Part shown: positions 63,571 through 64,000 of the stretch, piece after piece
How positions within the stretch are numbered: the first letter of the stretch is position 1
Layout of the letters: each line of letters begins with the position of its first letter
Assembly (NCBI GenBank): GCA_041651295.1
Contig: JBAZJN010000003.1
Span: forward strand, 14,016 to 78,015
Origin: Patescibacteria group bacterium
GTDB lineage: Bacteria; Patescibacteriota; UBA1384; XYA2-FULL-43-10; CAINNR01
Length of the DNA: 64,000 nucleotides
Reading direction: 5' to 3'
Translations under genes and position numbers: made by a program
The notes under the pieces: generated by a model
What the model was told of the DNA's origin: nothing
Seen by the model: the letters and a program-made list of their open reading frames with translations, nothing else
Databases searched by the model: none

Positions 63571-63999
63571 TTGAAGTTCTTTAAGCTTGATCGGTTTTTT
63601 GCCTGGGTTCTGTTTATTTCCATGCTTCTTTTTTTCATATCCGGCTACGGAATGACGAGAGGGATCATCACCAATTCTTTGGCGATTGATATACACAACA
63701 AAATTTTGCCTCCAGTTACAATCGCCGCTTTTACAATCCACACCTGGTACGCAATTCACTTAGCTTTTAAACGCTGGCAAATATGGAACTGGTTTACAAA
63801 AATATTTTTAGTCCTATTTTTTGTCGCTTTTATTGGATATTTCAATTACTTGCAATATTTTTATCAGGAAAAAACAAACTCCGACACCGGCAATACTATT
63901 TCTGATGACAATAGCAATAACTCCGCTAATACCGACTTAAACAATTCTGCCGACAATATTCAAACAAAAACCTTCACTGTTTCTGAGCTGTCAAAATAT
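63571..63999 (+). CDS. Membrane protein, partial (runs off the window); the last residues resemble the start of a cytochrome b5-like domain
   Basis: Absent from the ORF track because no stop lies in the window. AGGAGG lies 5 nt upstream of TTG 63571. The protein has 3-4 TM helices and a low-complexity N/S/D linker, and it ends FTVSELSKY. Confidence 0.45.
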   Translation, partial: MKFFKLDRFFAWVLFISMLLFFISGYGMTRGIITNSLAIDIHNKILPPVTIAAFTIHTWYAIHLAFKRWQIWNWFTKIFLVLFFVAFIGYFNYLQYFYQEKTNSDTGNTISDDNSNNSANTDLNNSADNIQTKTFTVSELSKY

Positions 64000-64000
64000 A

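Noticed and set aside
1-64000. CRISPR arrays, rRNA genes, transposase/IS elements, and stop-codon reassignment (UGA recoding as in some CPR lineages).
   Set aside because: I saw no regularly spaced direct repeats, no rRNA-like conserved blocks and no DDE transposase ORFs. Conserved genes terminate normally at TGA (for example the galE-like gene at 741-743 and the Dcm gene at 32421-32423) and show no in-frame TGA interruptions.

Overview
This is an AT-rich bacterial chromosome segment read with the standard genetic code. Genes end at TGA, TAA and TAG, and I see no sign of stop-codon recoding. The gene content (compact housekeeping genes, archaeal-type AspRS, a GtrA-PMT glycosylation cluster, CCA-encoding tRNAs) suggests an uncultivated small-genome lineage such as Patescibacteria/CPR. 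That placement is inference only.

Backbone genes:
- Translation and RNA: a def-fmt fusion, der, infC-rpmI-rplT, aspS with a T-box leader, tyrS, ymdB-rny.
- DNA and envelope: a galE-like epimerase, priA, uvrA, hup, lepB, lgt, a DksA/TraR-like gene, lspA, bactofilin.
- ssrA (tmRNA), queH, smpB, an AI-2E transporter and a two-component system.
- Ten tRNAs (two near 21.8-22.0 kb and a seven-tRNA cluster at 55.9-56.9 kb) and a glycosyltransferase cluster.

Accessory DNA:
1. A ~4.9 kb island sits in the 3' end of the tmRNA gene. It is bounded by an 11-bp direct repeat, and its large serine recombinase ORF reads across the att core.
2. A ~20-23 kb composite accessory region (about 25.5/28.4-48.2 kb) holds two more large serine recombinases. 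It also holds an HpaII-like m5C restriction-modification module with a RadC-Dcm fusion and Vsr, three PD-(D/E)xK modules, and a phage-like module (TerS, TerL, two DNA methyltransferases) without structural genes.
3. Three GC-rich patches stand out against the AT-rich background.

The most interesting item is a tightly coupled operon at 33968/34621-41889. It encodes a 1328-aa NACHT/STAND NTPase with a C-terminal nuclease-like module, two HEPN-motif proteins and four orphan ORFs, and is a candidate undescribed defence system.

I saw no rRNA genes and no CRISPR array. All family assignments come from motif reading by eye; no database search was run.
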